Shown piece by piece: positions 10,329 through 22,155 of a stretch of DNA of 64,000 nt. Positions within the stretch are counted from its first letter, which is position 1. Each line of letters starts with the position of its first letter. This DNA comes from an uncultured Actinomycetes bacterium (GTDB lineage: Bacteria; Actinomycetota; Acidimicrobiia; IMCC26256; DASPTH01). A program made the position numbers and the translations under genes. The notes below the pieces were generated by a model, which had not been told where the DNA came from, made no database searches, and saw only the letters and a program-made list of their open reading frames with translations. The stretch is from positions 143,460-207,459 of the forward strand of contig CAVWLR010000002.1 of assembly GCA_963755855.1 (NCBI GenBank), read 5' to 3'.

Positions 10329-11386
10329 TCAGGTGTCGCTGGTCATCGGCGCCAGGCCGTGGAACGGGCTGCCCGCGGCCTGCCACTCCGCGAACAGCTC
10401 CATGAACTCGGGCCCGAACGGATCGCTCACCGAGCAGGGGCATGGCGGCGCGGCGCACGGTGAAGTCCATCGGCGCGAGCTCGCCGGCGCGTTCGAGGTG
10501 GCGACGGGCGGTGGTGTCGTCGCCGCGCCGCCGAGCCTCGACGCCCACGCGGAAGTGCAGGCGCGCCCGCACCTCGTCGTCGGAGAGGTCGGGCACCGCG
10601 ACGCGGGCCTCGTCCTCGCTGATCGTGGCGGCGCCGTCGCGCACCCAGGCGCGCACCGCGTCGAGGTGCGGTGCCGACTCCACGCCGGTGAACTCCTTGA
10701 ACGCGTCGTTGGAGAAGGCGACGCTGTTGGGCCGCACGATGTTGTCGTCCTCGTCGATCCACACCACCGCGGGCACGTTGCTGATCGCGTAGACCTCGGT
10801 GAGCACGTGCTGCGGGATCGATGAGCACCGGCATGGTGGTGACGTCGTCGGTCCACGGCCGCACGTCGTCGGGTGACTCGTCGATCGCCACCGCGATCAC
10901 GGTGAAGTTCTCGTCGCCGAGCTCGTCCTGCAGCGCCTGCCATCCGGGTAGGTCGTACCGGCACCCGCACCACGACGAGAACGCGTGCAGCAGCCGCTTC
11001 TTGCCCCGCCAGTCGGAGAGCGAGTGCGCGTCGCCGTCGAGGTCGCGGAGCGTCACGTCGGGCGCGGTGAGCGACTCGAGCGCGGCCCGGCGTTGCTCGC
11101 GGTCGAGCGCGACCGCGACGATCCCGGCGTCCGGTGTCGACGACGGTCGGACGACCGAGCGCGTCGGCGACCGCGACGAGATCGAGCCGGTCGCCGACGA
11201 ACAGCGCGGCGCGATCCTGCACCGGCACGCACGTGTCGGCACGACACAGGCCCTCGGGCTTCAACGTCCAGCCGAGCGCGCTGGGGCAGCACGTCGACGT
11301 CGAGCAGGATGCGCCCGTCGACGACGTCGGCCGTCGATCTCGGTCGTCTCGTCGCCCACGATCGTCACGGTCGTCGAGGTGCTCAT
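10329..11386 (-). CDS. ResA/AhpC-TSA-like redoxin with WCGC motif (several frameshifts)
   Basis: [12 protein letters not shown]-terminal domain, [17 protein letters not shown] and [10 protein letters not shown]. Confidence 0.8.
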
Positions 11387-11436
11387 CCGGGCGAGGCTAG
11401 ACCCGTCCCCGGGACGCGCTCCCGTAGCATCCGCCG

Positions 11437-12253
11437 ATGGACGCGAGCGAGTTCCTCGGGCTGCGCGCCACGCACAACCCGGTGCGGTGGTACCTCGACG
11501 TCGTGCCCGGGATCTGCACCGACGACCAGTTCCTCTTCGGCGGGCTGCGGCCTGGGCGCGGCCATCGAGGCGCTCGAGCGCACGACCGGCCGTCCCGTGG
11601 TGTGGGCGTCGGCGCAGTACCTGTCGTTCGCGCACCCGCCCGAGATCGTCGACATCGACGTGACCGTCGCGCGCTCCGGCCACCAGACCACCCAGGCACG
11701 GGCGGTCGCGCACGTGGGTGACCGCGAGATCCTCACCGTCAACGCCGCGCTCGGAGAGCGCGACCGCGGCTACGACGGGCAGTGGGCGCGGTTCCCCGAC
11801 GTGCCGATGCCCGACGACAGCCCGCTCCGTCAGCGCATCTCCCGCGTCGACGACTCGCTCGCGCAGCGGCTGGAGATGCGGCTCGCGCTCGGCCGCGACC
11901 TCGCCGCCCTCGACGGCGCGCCGCGACGACGGTCACAGCGCGCTCTGGGCGCGCTTCCCTGCAGGTCTCGACGTGTCGGCGGCGTCACTCGCGATCCTCG
12001 GCGACTACGTGCCCTTCGGTGTCGCACAGGCGCTCGGTCAGTTCGTGACCGGCAGCAGCCTCGACAACACGCTCCGCGTGTGCACGCTCGTGCCCACCGA
12101 GTGGGTGCTGATCGACGTCAGGGTGCACGCCATCGCGCACGGGTTCGGTCACGGTCGGGTCGAGCTGTGGGCCGAGGACGGCACGTTGCTCGCCACCGCC
12201 AGCCAGTCGTGCGTCGTGCGCCCGCGCACGCCGCGTACCCGGTCAGCCGGTGA
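11437..12253 (+). CDS. Acyl-CoA thioesterase (double hotdog; frameshifted)
   Basis: FLFGG, AILGDYVP, SSLDNTLRV and LATASQS. Confidence 0.85.
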
Positions 12254-12711
12254 CGAGCTCCTCGATGCGGGCGAGCGTCTTGTCCATGTTCTCGGCCGTC
12301 TTCTTGCCCGCGTTCTTCACCAGCGGCTTGCTCGAGGGCCGCCTCCTGGGAGATGTCCCACGTCTCGCGCACCCGCGTGCCGCCGTCGACCGGCTCGAGC
12401 TCGTAGCGCCAGATCCGGCCGCCGCCGAGCTTGGCGCCCCACGACACCGACGGCTTGGTCTGCCACGCGATCCGCCGGTTCTCCTCGAAGTCGATGACCT
12501 CGTTGAGCATCGAATAGGGGATCCCCATCTTCATCGACATCCCGAACTTCGACCCGAGGGCCAGGCGCTCCGAACCCGACTTGGCGTCGCGCACCGTGCC
12601 CGAGCCGTCGATCTCCTGGTGGCGGGCGGGGTCGGCGAGGAGGTCGAAGATCTTCTCGGGCGCGGCGGGGATGATCCGCTCGACCGAGACCGTGTCGCTG
12701 CTGGTGGCCAT
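12243..12711 (-). CDS. SRPBCC (polyketide cyclase/dehydrase-like) protein
   Basis: VSVERIIPAAPEKIFDLLADP...WRYELEP...TRVRETWD; indel near the 3' end. Confidence 0.85.
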
Positions 12712-12790
12712 GGCGCGGGAGCGTATCGGCACCGGTGGCAGAATGCTGGAGCAGCCGTGACGAGACGGCCGACGAGAGAGGGAGCGCACC

Positions 12791-13187
12791 ATGGCGCTGG
12801 CCGACCGAGGACATCCTCGCCATCCAGAAGCTGATCGCCGACTACAACCACGCGGTCGACGCCGGCGACGGGCCCGCGTTCGCGGCCATGTTCGTCGAGG
12901 GTGGATCGCTCGACAGCGGCTTCAACGTGCTCAAGGGCCGCGACGAGCTGCGCGACTTCGCGGGGATGGTGCCGTCGATGGCCCCCGGCGCGCGTCACCT
13001 CGTGAGCAACGTCTCGATCGACGGCGACGGCGACGATGCCACCGCGCGCCTCTACCTGCAGATGTGGACCACCGCCGGCGGCGCGGCGGAGACGAAGATC
13101 GTGATCTCCGGTCGCTACGAGGACACGCTCAAGCGCGACGACGGCACGTGGCGCTTCGTCACCCGCAAGATGATCCCCGACAGCTAG
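12791..13187 (+). CDS. SnoaL-like/NTF2 family protein (indel near start)
   Basis: DILAIQKLIADYNHAVD...GRYEDTLKRDDGTWRF; GGGAG RBS upstream. Confidence 0.85.
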
Positions 13188-13195
13188 GAACGGAT

Positions 13196-13214
13196 CGAGC
13201 GGAGCGAGCGAGGG
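13196..13214. repeat. REP-like 19-mer CGAGCGGAGCGAGCGAGGG, copy 1
   Basis: Identical 19-mer at 37830-37848; both lie just 3' of a minus-strand stop codon. Confidence 0.6.
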
Positions 13215-13217
13215 AGA

Positions 13218-13746
13218 CTAGGCGTGCTCCCAGTGCCACGGCTCGGGTGAGGAACCGCCGGGTTCCGCCCAGTCGGGGTGCACGAACCCGAAGCGCCCGG
13301 CGTTCGCCTGTCAGCCACGCGTACCCGGCCGACGAGAACGTGAGCTCGCCGGCGGCATCCTGGAAGTCGACGGCGCGGCCCCAGCCGTGGATGCTCGTGC
13401 CGGGGACGGCTGCGTACCCGCAGGTGCCGAAGAAGCAGTAGAAGTTGCGCCACCACTCCTGCATCTCGTACGTGCGGTAGCACGACTCGATCCGCGGCGG
13501 CCCCGGCAGCGGATCGGTGAACGAGCTCTCCTCCGGGAACACGGCGGCGCCGTCCTTCGAGGAGGCGTCGATGAGCTGGCGCAGCGGGTCGGCGACGTCG
13601 TTGGCGACGCGGCACGAGCTGTTGATCGTGGTGAGCGAACTGTCCGGAAGTTGACCGTTCTGGGCGGGTGGCGCCGGTGGCAGGCACGCCGCCGCCACTG
13701 CGGCCAGGGCGATCACGAGCGCGATCGTGGGAGCGAGTCGACGCAC
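13218..13746 (-). CDS. M15B (VanY-like) D,D-carboxypeptidase lipoprotein (frameshift near 3' end)
   Basis: Lipobox AAAC, YRTYEMQ, PGTSIHGWGRAVD and EPWHW. Confidence 0.85.
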
Positions 13747-13800
13747 GGCCCGAGCCTAGAGGCCGTCCGTCGTCACTTGCGCGGGGCGAGACTCCCTTCG

Positions 13801-14635
13801 TCAAGCGCCTTCGGGCCACGAGCGCATGAGGTTCTCCTGCACGAGGGTCGCCACGAGTCGCCCGCTCTGGTCGTGCACCGACCCGCGGTACACCCCGCGC
13901 GCGCCGGCGGCCGACACCGGTTCGAGCGCCATGAACATCCACTCGTCGGCGCGCACCGGTCGATGGAGGTAGACGGTGTGGTCGAGGCTGCTCCCGCCGC
14001 GGGGCAACCCGGGGACGTCGAGGTCGACGAAGCCGCTGCTCAGGTCGGAGAGGTACACGACTGCGGCGGCGTGCAGCATGCGGTCGTCGGAGAGGTGCTC
14101 GCGCGTGCGCGCCCACATCCATCGCGACGCGCGCTGCTCCTCGGGGAGGTCGGTCGGCGGGTCGACGGCACGCAGGTCCATGAGGATGTCGCGGCTGCGG
14201 ATGCGGTCGTCACCCAACACGTCGAGCTCGTCGGGTGACGGCACGTCCCGCATCGGCACCCCCGACCAGTCACCGCTCTCCTCGTCGACGTGGAACGACG
14301 CCGACATGGTGAAGATCGCCTTGCCCCGTTGCAGGGCCTCGACCCGCCGGGCCGAGAACGATCTGCCGTCGCGGTCGCGGATCACCTTCATGATCGTCGG
14401 GTGCTCGGCCTCGCCGGCGCGCAGGTAGTAGCAGTGGATCGAATGGGGGTGGCGGTCCTCGGGCACCGTGAGGCCGGCGGCCCGCAGCGCCTGCGCCGCG
14501 ACCTGGCCTCCGTAGAGGTGGTCGGTGAAGGGGTCGCCGGGGGTTGTGGGCCCGGTAGAGGTCGCGGTCGAGCTCCTCGAGGTCGAGGAGCTCCTCGAGC
14601 GTCTCGGCGCGGGGGAGCTCGGAGGGGTGCGCCAT
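13801..14635 (-). CDS. tesB: Acyl-CoA thioesterase II (frameshift near 14530)
   Basis: LLDLEELDRDLYR, YGGQVAAQ, HSIHCYYLR, RDGRSFS, YLSD, SLDH and QE. Confidence 0.85.
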
Positions 14636-14743
14636 CGGCGTGACCGTATCCGTTGCGAGCCGCATCCCTTGACGGGATGGTGGACCGGTGGGGTTGGTCG
14701 CTAGCCTCCCTCCCCGGACTGGCACCGACAGGGGAACGGATCG

Positions 14744-15665
14744 ATGGGACTCTTCGACGGCAAGGTTGCGATCGTCACCGGAGCAGGACGCGGCATCGGC
14801 CGCTCCGAGTCGCTCCTCCTCGCGAGCGAGGGCGCCAAGGTCGTGGTGAACGACCTCGGCGGCTCGGGCTCGGGTGAGGGCGCCGACAGCACCCCCGCCC
14901 AGGAGGTCGTCGACGAGATCACGGCCGCCGGCGGCGAGGCGGTCGCGAACTACGACGACTGCTCGAGCTGGAGCCGGCGGCGAGGCCATCGTCCAGCAGG
15001 CCATCGACAGCTTCGGTGGTCTCGACGTGCTCATCTGCAACGCGGGCATCCTGCGCGACAAGATGAGCTTCAACATGTCGGAGGAGGAGTTCGACGCGGT
15101 GATCCGCGTCCACCTCAAGGGCCACTTCGCCCCGATCCGCTTCGCGGCCTCGTACTGGCGCACGAAGGCGAAGGAGACGGGCGAGTCCGTCAACGCCGCC
15201 ATCGTCACGACCGCGTCGGAGTCGGGCCTCTACGGCAACGCGGGCCAGACCAACTACGCCGCGGCCAAGGCCGGCATCGCGAGCATGACCATCGTGCTCG
15301 CCCGCGAGCTCGAGCGCTCGGGCGTGCGGGTCAACTCGATCGCACCGGTCGCGGCGACGCGGCTGCTCGGCACGGTGGCCACCCCGGAGCTCACCGAGAA
15401 CCCGATGATGTCGCCCGACAACCCAGCCGCCGGCGCGGTGTGGCTGGCGTCACCGCTCGCCGACGGGATCACCGGTCAGGTGCTCAAGATCTCCGGCGGC
15501 GTCGCCCAGATCGTCGACGGCTGGCGTCCGGTCACCCAGATCAGCTCGGGCGACAAGTGGACCGTGCAGGCGCTGGCCGACGGCCGCGACCGCCTGTTCA
15601 AGGACCGCGACCCCGGCGTGCCCACCTTCCGCGCCTTCGACAAGTTCGACGACACGGTCCTCTAG
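14744..15665 (+). CDS. SDR family oxidoreductase (frameshift near 14975)
   Basis: TGAGRGIG, VVNDLG, CNAGILRD and NYAAAK. Confidence 0.9.
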
Positions 15666-15694
15666 ATCAAGCGCACGTCTCGATCACGCGGACG

Positions 15695-16123
15695 TCACGC
15701 GGGGGGCACCCACGCGGCGTCGTGGATGTCGTCGGCGACGACGGGCTCGACCAGCTCGTCGACGTGGAGGAACTCGAACCCGGCGAGGAGCGCGTAGCGC
15801 TCGTCGACGTCGGTGTCGCCCACGTGCACGTAGCGGTCGGCGGGGAACTGCGCCTTCACCTCGTGGAGGTGGTGCTTCCCGCCCACGAACTCCGGTTCGA
15901 CGCCGTGGCGTGACCACAGCGGCTGCTGGCTCGAGCGCGGCCAGTCGGATGCGACCCCGACGATGTACCCCCGGCCCACGAGCTCACGCGCCACCTCGGC
16001 CGGCACCGGGCCCGGCGGGTCGCCGAACTCCATGGTGCCGTCGATGTCGAAGCTGACGAGGATGCGGAGCTGCGCGCCCGGGGCGGGCTCCGGTGGGGTC
16101 GGCTCGGTGCCCGTGGTCGTCAC
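15695..16123 (-). CDS. Small HAD-superfamily hydrolase-like protein
   Basis: SFDIDGT (motif I) and HVGDTDVD (motif IV). Confidence 0.75.
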   Translation of the reverse strand: MTTTGTEPTPPEPAPGAQLRILVSFDIDGTMEFGDPPGPVPAEVARELVGRGYIVGVASDWPRSSQQPLWSRHGVEPEFVGGKHHLHEVKAQFPADRYVHVGDTDVDERYALLAGFEFLHVDELVEPVVADDIHDAAWVPPA

Positions 16124-17825
16124 GCCGTGGAGCGTACGCGCGGCCCGCCCGGCTCCGGGGTGTCGGACCCGCCGGCCCCGGTCGAGCCGGGATCCGGCTC
16201 GGCGGTGTCGGCGAAGACCGGCATCGCGCCACCGAGGCCGAGCTCGGCCGCGTTCTCGAGCGCCTCGACGCCGGAGTGCATCGGTCCGACCGGTGCCACC
16301 GTGCGGGGGAGGAACTTGCGGGTCACGAGCGCGGCGACGATGGCCAGCGCCACACCGAACATGGCGGCCACGTGGATGCCGTCGACGAACGCGGTCTGCG
16401 CGGCGGTCGCGAACGCGGCGCCGGCGCGTGCGGGGAGCTTCTCCGCCACCTGCAGCGCGCCGGCGATCGACGAGCTCGCGGTGCCGCGCACGGACACCGG
16501 GATCTTGCCGAGCGCGTCGTGGAGGTGGCTCGAGTACTGCGAGGCCGCGATGCTGCCGAGCACCGCGATGCCGAGCGCGGCGCCGAGCTCACGGGTGGCG
16601 TCGTTCATCGCCGAGCCGGCACCGGCGCGGCTCTCGGGCACGGCCGACATGATCGACGACGTCATCGGCGACATCGACAGCGACACGCCGGTCATCAGCG
16701 GCGTGAGGCAGAGCCAGCAGTACCAGAACGGTGTGTCGATGCTGAGCTGCGTGAACAGCCCGAACCCGAGCGCGATCAGGCACATGCCGAACCCGACCGA
16801 CCGGTTGCCGCCGAAGCGTTGCACGATGCGCGGCGTGAACGGGGTGACGATCAGCATGATCAGCGCGATCGGCAACAGCCGGATCGCGGTGTCGAGCGCC
16901 GAGAAGCCGAGCACGAGCTGGAAGTACTGCGTCATGAGCAGCATCACGCCGTACATGGCGAGGAACACCAGCATCATGGCGCCGCTGCCCACGCTGAACG
17001 CGGGGTTGCGGAAGTAGTGCATGTCGAGCATCGGCGACTTGGCGCGGAGCTCCCACAGCACGAAGAGCGTGAGCACGACGGCGGCGATCGCGAACGCGCC
17101 GATCGTCACCGGCGCGACCCAGCCCTTGTCGGGCGCTTCGATGAACCCGTAGACGAGCGCGGACGACGCCGACGATCGAGAGCAGCGCGCCGAGCGGGTC
17201 GATCGCGCTCTCGTTCGGGTCGCGCGACTTGGGCACGAAGAACCAGCCGCCGACGATCGCCAGCGCGATCACCGGGAGGTACACGAGGAAGGCCGATCCG
17301 AACCAGAAGTGGCCGAGCACGTAGCCGGTGATGACGGGCCCGATCGACCCGGCGATGCCGGTGGTCGTCGCCCAGATCGCGATCGCCTTGGCGCGTTCGT
17401 GGGGCGGGAACACGTTCACGAGGATCGACAGCGTCGACGGCATGATGAACGCGGCGCCCACGCCCATCGCGGCGCGGCAGGCGATGATCTGGCGCGACGT
17501 CGGTGGCCTGTGACGCGAGCAGGCTGGCGATGAAGAACGTGCCGAGGCCGAACTGCAGCGCGCCCTTGCGCCCGAAGCGGTCACCGAGCGCGCCCGACGT
17601 GAACAGCAGCCCGGCGAACACGAGCGAGTAGATGGCCACCACCCACTGCAGCTGCGACTCGCTGGCGCCGAGGTCGCGCGACAGCGTGGGGAGGGCCACG
17701 TTGAGGGTGGAGTTGCCGCCGAACACGATCAGCAGGCTGAGGCAGAGGACCGCCAGGGTCCACCACCGCCGGGCGTAGGCCTGCTCGTCGGTACGGCCAT
17801 CCGTGGGGGAGGTGAGGATCGCCAT
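16120..17825 (-). CDS. MFS drug efflux transporter, DHA2 (frameshifted)
   Basis: RRWWTLAVLCLSL, GALGDRFGRK and GSAMNDATRELG. Confidence 0.9.
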
Positions 17826-17833
17826 GCGCGACC

Positions 17834-17874
17834 ATTATGTCAGACAGTGACAGATTTCGCAAGTTGACAAACTT
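17834..17874. promoter_or_regulatory. Promoter and likely TetR operator of the divergent MFS/TetR pair
   Basis: Minus strand TTGCGA-17nt-CATAAT, 8 nt before the MFS ATG; palindromes TGTCA-N5-TGACA (17838-17852) and AAGTT-N4-AACTT (17861-17874). Confidence 0.65.
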
Positions 17875-17913
17875 CAGCTGTTGCCAACCGTCGCGATGTG
17901 TCAGAATGGTGCC

Positions 17914-18552
17914 ATGTCCACCGGATCGATGCGACCGGCTCGCGAGTCGGGCTGCGGGAGCGCAAGAAGGCGCGCACCCGGGAGGCCCTGCAGGAAGCGG
18001 CGATGGAGCGCTTCGCCCGCCAGGGCTTCGACGGCACGACCGTCGAGGAGATCGCCGAGGCCTGCGAGGTCTCGCCCCGCACCTTCTTCCGCTACTTCCC
18101 CACCAAGGAAGACGTGCTCTTCGCCGACGCCGCCGCGCGCCGTGAGCGGCTGCTCGCGGTGATCGCCGAGCGGCCGGCCGAGCGAGCCCGCCTTCGCCGC
18201 GCTGCGGGCCGCCATGCGCACGCTCGCCGCCGACTACCGCGACGACCGCGACGCGCTGGTGACGCGCTCCAAGATCGTCGCCGCCTCGCCGCACCTCCAG
18301 GCCTACAAGGCCGAGCACCAGCACGGTTGGGAGGCCGAGGTCGTCGACGTGCTCGAGCGACGCGCGCTCGTGCAGCACGACGCCGGTCACGACGCGACGA
18401 GCTGCATGCTCGTCACCGCCGTCACCACCGCGGCGTTGCGGGTCGCGCTCGACGCGTGGGTCGCCGACGCGTCGGCCCCCGACCTCGGCGTGCTGCTCGA
18501 CGACGCGTTCGCGCGCCTGGCCGTCGGGTTCGACGCTCGCCGTGCGGGGTAG
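17914..18552 (+). CDS. TetR family transcriptional regulator (frameshifted)
   Basis: GLRERKKARTR...GFDGTTVEEIA...VSPRTFFRYFPTKED. Confidence 0.9.
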
Positions 18553-18594
18553 CCCTCCCTCCGTCGACCACGACCCGACGGAAGGTGACGCGAC

Positions 18595-18762
18595 ATGGCA
18601 GGCAAGAAGGCCAAGGCGAGTGCACAGAAGGCGAAGGGCAAGGTCAAGGTCGCGGTGGGCGAGCTCACCGGGAGCAAGAAGCTCAAGGCCAAGGGCAACG
18701 CCGACAAGGCCAAGGCCGGAGCCAAGAAGACGAAGGAAAAGGTCAAGGACAAGCTCCGCTAG
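18595..18762 (+). CDS. CsbD-like small protein, very Lys-rich (55 aa)
   Basis: Hand-translated MAGKKAKASAQKAKGKVKVAVGELTGSKKLKAKGNADKAKAG...; fits the CsbD pattern KGKVK..VG.LTG...L...G; GAAGG RBS. Confidence 0.75.
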   Translation: MAGKKAKASAQKAKGKVKVAVGELTGSKKLKAKGNADKAKAGAKKTKEKVKDKLR

Positions 18763-18840
18763 CCACACCGCGTTCGCGCCCCTCGGCGTGAGCGTGGCCG
18801 CACCGGCTGCGGACACGGTCACGACGACGGGGGGAACGTG

Positions 18841-19565
18841 ATGGGCAAGCTCGACGGTCGGGTGGCGATCGTCACCGGCGCCGCGCGTGGTCAGGGCGCG
18901 GCGGAGGCCGCGTTGTTCGCGGAGGAGGGCGCGACGGTGTTCGTCACCGACGTGCTCGTCGACGCAGGCGAGAAGACGGCCGCCGAGGTGGGCGGCACGT
19001 TCGTCGAGCACGACGTCGCCGACCCGGCCCAGTGGGACGCCCTCGTGGCGCAGGTCGTCGCCGACCACGGCCGGCTCGACATCCTGGTGAACAACGCCGG
19101 GATCCTGCGCTGGGAGCGCATGGCCGACACGTCGTTCGAATCGTGGAACGAGGTCGTCGCGGTCAACCAGACCGGCGTGTTCCTGGGCATGAAGACGGTC
19201 GCGCCGCAGATGAAGGAGCAGGGCTCCGGCTCCATCGTCAACATCTCGTCGGTGGGTGGCCTGAGCGGCGCCAGCGCGTGCTTCACGTACGCGGCCACCA
19301 AGTGGGCCGTGCGGGGCATGACCAAGGGCGCGGCGATCGAGCTCGGTCCGCACGGCATCAAGGTGAACTCCATCCACCCCGGGATCATCGACACCCCGAT
19401 GATGGGGGCACCGACCTCGACGGGCTCGCGTCCGTCATCGGTGTCCCGCTGCAGCGCTACGCGCAGCCGGAGGAGGTGGCGAAGCTCGCGCTGTGGTTGG
19501 TGTCCGACGACAACTCGTACTCCACCGGCGCCGAGTTCGTCATCGACGGGGGCCAGACCGCGTGA
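18841..19565 (+). CDS. SDR oxidoreductase, 3-alpha(20-beta)-HSD-like (frameshift near 19408)
   Basis: TGAARGQG, NNAG, YAATKWAVRG, VNSIHPG and TGAEFVIDGG. Confidence 0.9.
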
Positions 19566-19578
19566 CGATCCTCGCCCG

Positions 19579-21291
19579 ATGAGCACGCCGGCGGTCCCCG
19601 CCGTTCCCGATCCGCGTCGTTGGATCACGCTGGCCGTGGTCGTCGTCGCCGCGCTGATCGTGGTGCTCGACAACTCGGTGCTCACCGTCGCGATCCCCAC
19701 GATCCTGCGCGACTTCCACACGACGCTGCCTGCGGTCGAGTGGGTGATCACCGGATACGCCCTGACGTTCGCCAGCCTCCTCATCATCGGTGGTCGCCTC
19801 GCCGACGTGTTCGGCCAACGCCGCATCTTCGTCATCGGTGCCGCGCTCTTCGGCAGCGGATCGCTGCTCGCGGCGCTGTCGTGGAACGTCCCGAGCCTCA
19901 TCGTCGGGGAAGCGGTGATCGAGGGCATCGGCGCGTCGCTGATGCTGCCCACGACGCTCGTCGATCATCTCGACCACCTTCCAGGGGCGCGAGCGGGCGA
20001 CGGCCTTCGGCGCGTGGGGCGCGACGGTCGGCGTCGGCGCGGCGCTGGGTCCGGTCGTCGGCGGGTTCCTCACCACCAACTACACGTGGCGCTGGGCGTT
20101 CGGCATCAACGTGATCGTGGCCCCGCTGGCGATCCTCGGTGCCATGCTCTTCGTGCGTCGTGACCAGCCGACGAAGCGCCGCATCAGCATCGACGTCCCC
20201 GGCGCGCTGCCTCATCGCCGTCGGGATGTTCCTGTTCGTGTTCGCGCTGAGCGAGGGCGCTCGCTACGGCTGGTTCCGTCCGCTCGAGCCGTTCAGCGTC
20301 GCCGGCGCCGAGGTGTGGCCGTCGCAGCTCGACGTCTCCGTGGTCCCCGTGGTCACCGTGATCGCCCTGGCGGTGCTGTTCGCGTTCTACAAGCTCGAGC
20401 GCTGGAAGGAGCGCACCGACCGCGATCCGTTGTTCGAGTTCGGCCAGCTGCGCCACCGAGGCTTCCGCTACGGGCTCGTCACCACCAGCGTCCTCGCCAT
20501 GGGCCAGTTCGGGGTGCTGTTCGTCGTTCCCATCTTCCTGCAGGACGCCAAGGGCCTCAGCGCCGAGACCAACGGGTTCTGGATGCTCCCGCTCGGGGTG
20601 TGCATCATCATCGGCTCGCAGCTCGGTGGTTGGCTCACCCGACGCATCAGCGTGGCGCGGGTGGTGCAGCTCGGCCTGGTCCTGGAGTTCGTCGGCCTGG
20701 TGATCATGGCGTTCGTGCTCGACCCCGGGATGCACTTCGTCGACCTGCTCCTCCCGTACGGGCTGTTCGGGTTCGGCATCGGGTTCGCCAGCTCGCAGCT
20801 CACCAACGTGATCCTGTCCGACATCCCCGCCGAGAAGTCGGGGGTCGCCAGCGGCACCAACACCACGGTCCGCCAGGTCGGCGCCGCGCTCGGCGTGGCG
20901 GTGATCGGCTCGGTGTTCGCCAGCCTCACCGTGTCGCGCACGGTCGACGCGGTGAAGTCGGCCCGGTTGCCCTCGGCGTTGCGCGAGGCGGCGGTGGCCG
21001 GGGTCCACGCCAAGGGGGCGTCGTTCCCGGTACCGCACAGCGCATCCGCCGGTCGACGCCGCGGCGCTCGGCCACGCGCTGTCCAGCGGCATCACCGACG
21101 CGGTGCAGCCGGCACTCCTGCTCGCGGCGGCGTTCGTGCTGATCGGCGCGTTCCTGTCGTTGCTGCTGCCGCGCACGCCGCCCGTGCTGGGTGCGCGCGA
21201 GCCGCTCGTCGAGACCCTCGTCGTGCTCGAGCCCGTCGAACCCGATCCGTCGGTGGTGCTCACGCCCGACCGAGGATCCGATCCACGCTGA
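19579..21291 (+). CDS. MFS transporter, DHA2 (frameshifted)
   Basis: VVLDNSVLTVAIP, GGRLADVFGQRR and SGTNTTVRQVG. Confidence 0.85.
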
Positions 21292-21648
21292 TCTCGATGG
21301 CGACGCGCTCGGGGTTCGGGCGCGGTTCCTGGTAACGGCCGGCGTAGCGAGCCACGGCATCGGCGACGGCGTCGGGGTCGCGCGTGACGCGCGCACGCAC
21401 CTTCCAGCGACAACCACCGCCCACCGTCGACCTGGGCCACCGCGGCGCGCCCGGTCCTCTCCACGTTGCGCACCTTCTGCGAGCCGTCGTTCGTGATGAC
21501 GCGCGCCAGCTGGGCGTCGGCGTCCCAGGTGAAGCCGACCGCGCACACGTGCACGGTGCCGTCGGCGCCGGATCGTGCTCAGCGTGCCGAGGTGCCGTTC
21601 GGCGAGGAACGCGTGCGTCTCGGGCGTGAGGTCGGCAGGGGACGTCAT
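21260..21648 (-). CDS. PPOX-class F420-dependent oxidoreductase (frameshifted)
   Basis: FLAERHLGTLST, AVGFTWD, SQKVRN, DGGRWLSLEG and RPNPERV. Confidence 0.8.
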
Positions 21649-21693
21649 CGCTCCAGTGGATCACAGCGCGCGCCGTGCGCCAGACTCCGCACC

Positions 21694-22155
21694 ATGGCAA
21701 CGACTGAGGCGCGCAACCGGCAGGTCGTGGAGCGGTACTGGGAGGCGCACTTCCTGCGCGACTGGGAGCGGATGACGACCTTCTTCTCCGACGACGCCCA
21801 CTACACCGACGTCGGCGTCGACGGTCAGGGCGCGCGAGGACCGCAGCAGATCGTCGACCGGCTCAAGATCGGCATCGAGCCGCTCTCGGGCTACTACCAC
21901 CACCCGCGTCACATGGTCGCGGAGGGCGACCTGGTGATCCTCGAGCACGTGGAGGAGTGGCAGTTCCACACCGGCGAGCGGATCCTGCACCCCTTCGTCA
22001 CCGTGATGGAGGTGCGCGACGGCAAGATCGTGCGCTGGCACGACTACTCCAACATCGGCAACGTCATCGACAACGCGCCGCGGTGGTGGCTCGAGCGGAT
22101 CGCCCAGGGCTATGCCGCCGTCGGCACCGGCCCCGACTCGGAGGCCGGAGCGTGA
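21694..22155 (+). CDS. SnoaL/limonene epoxide hydrolase-like protein
   Basis: VAEGDLVILEHVEEW...VMEVRDGKIVRWHDY. Confidence 0.85.
   Translation: MATTEARNRQVVERYWEAHFLRDWERMTTFFSDDAHYTDVGVDGQGARGPQQIVDRLKIGIEPLSGYYHHPRHMVAEGDLVILEHVEEWQFHTGERILHPFVTVMEVRDGKIVRWHDYSNIGNVIDNAPRWWLERIAQGYAAVGTGPDSEAGA

Noticed and set aside
10950-10980. Selenocysteine recoding in the redoxin
   Set aside because: The codon is TGC (Cys), not TGA.
13218-13746. Vancomycin resistance gene
   Set aside because: A lone M15B peptidase with no vanHAX or vanRS nearby.
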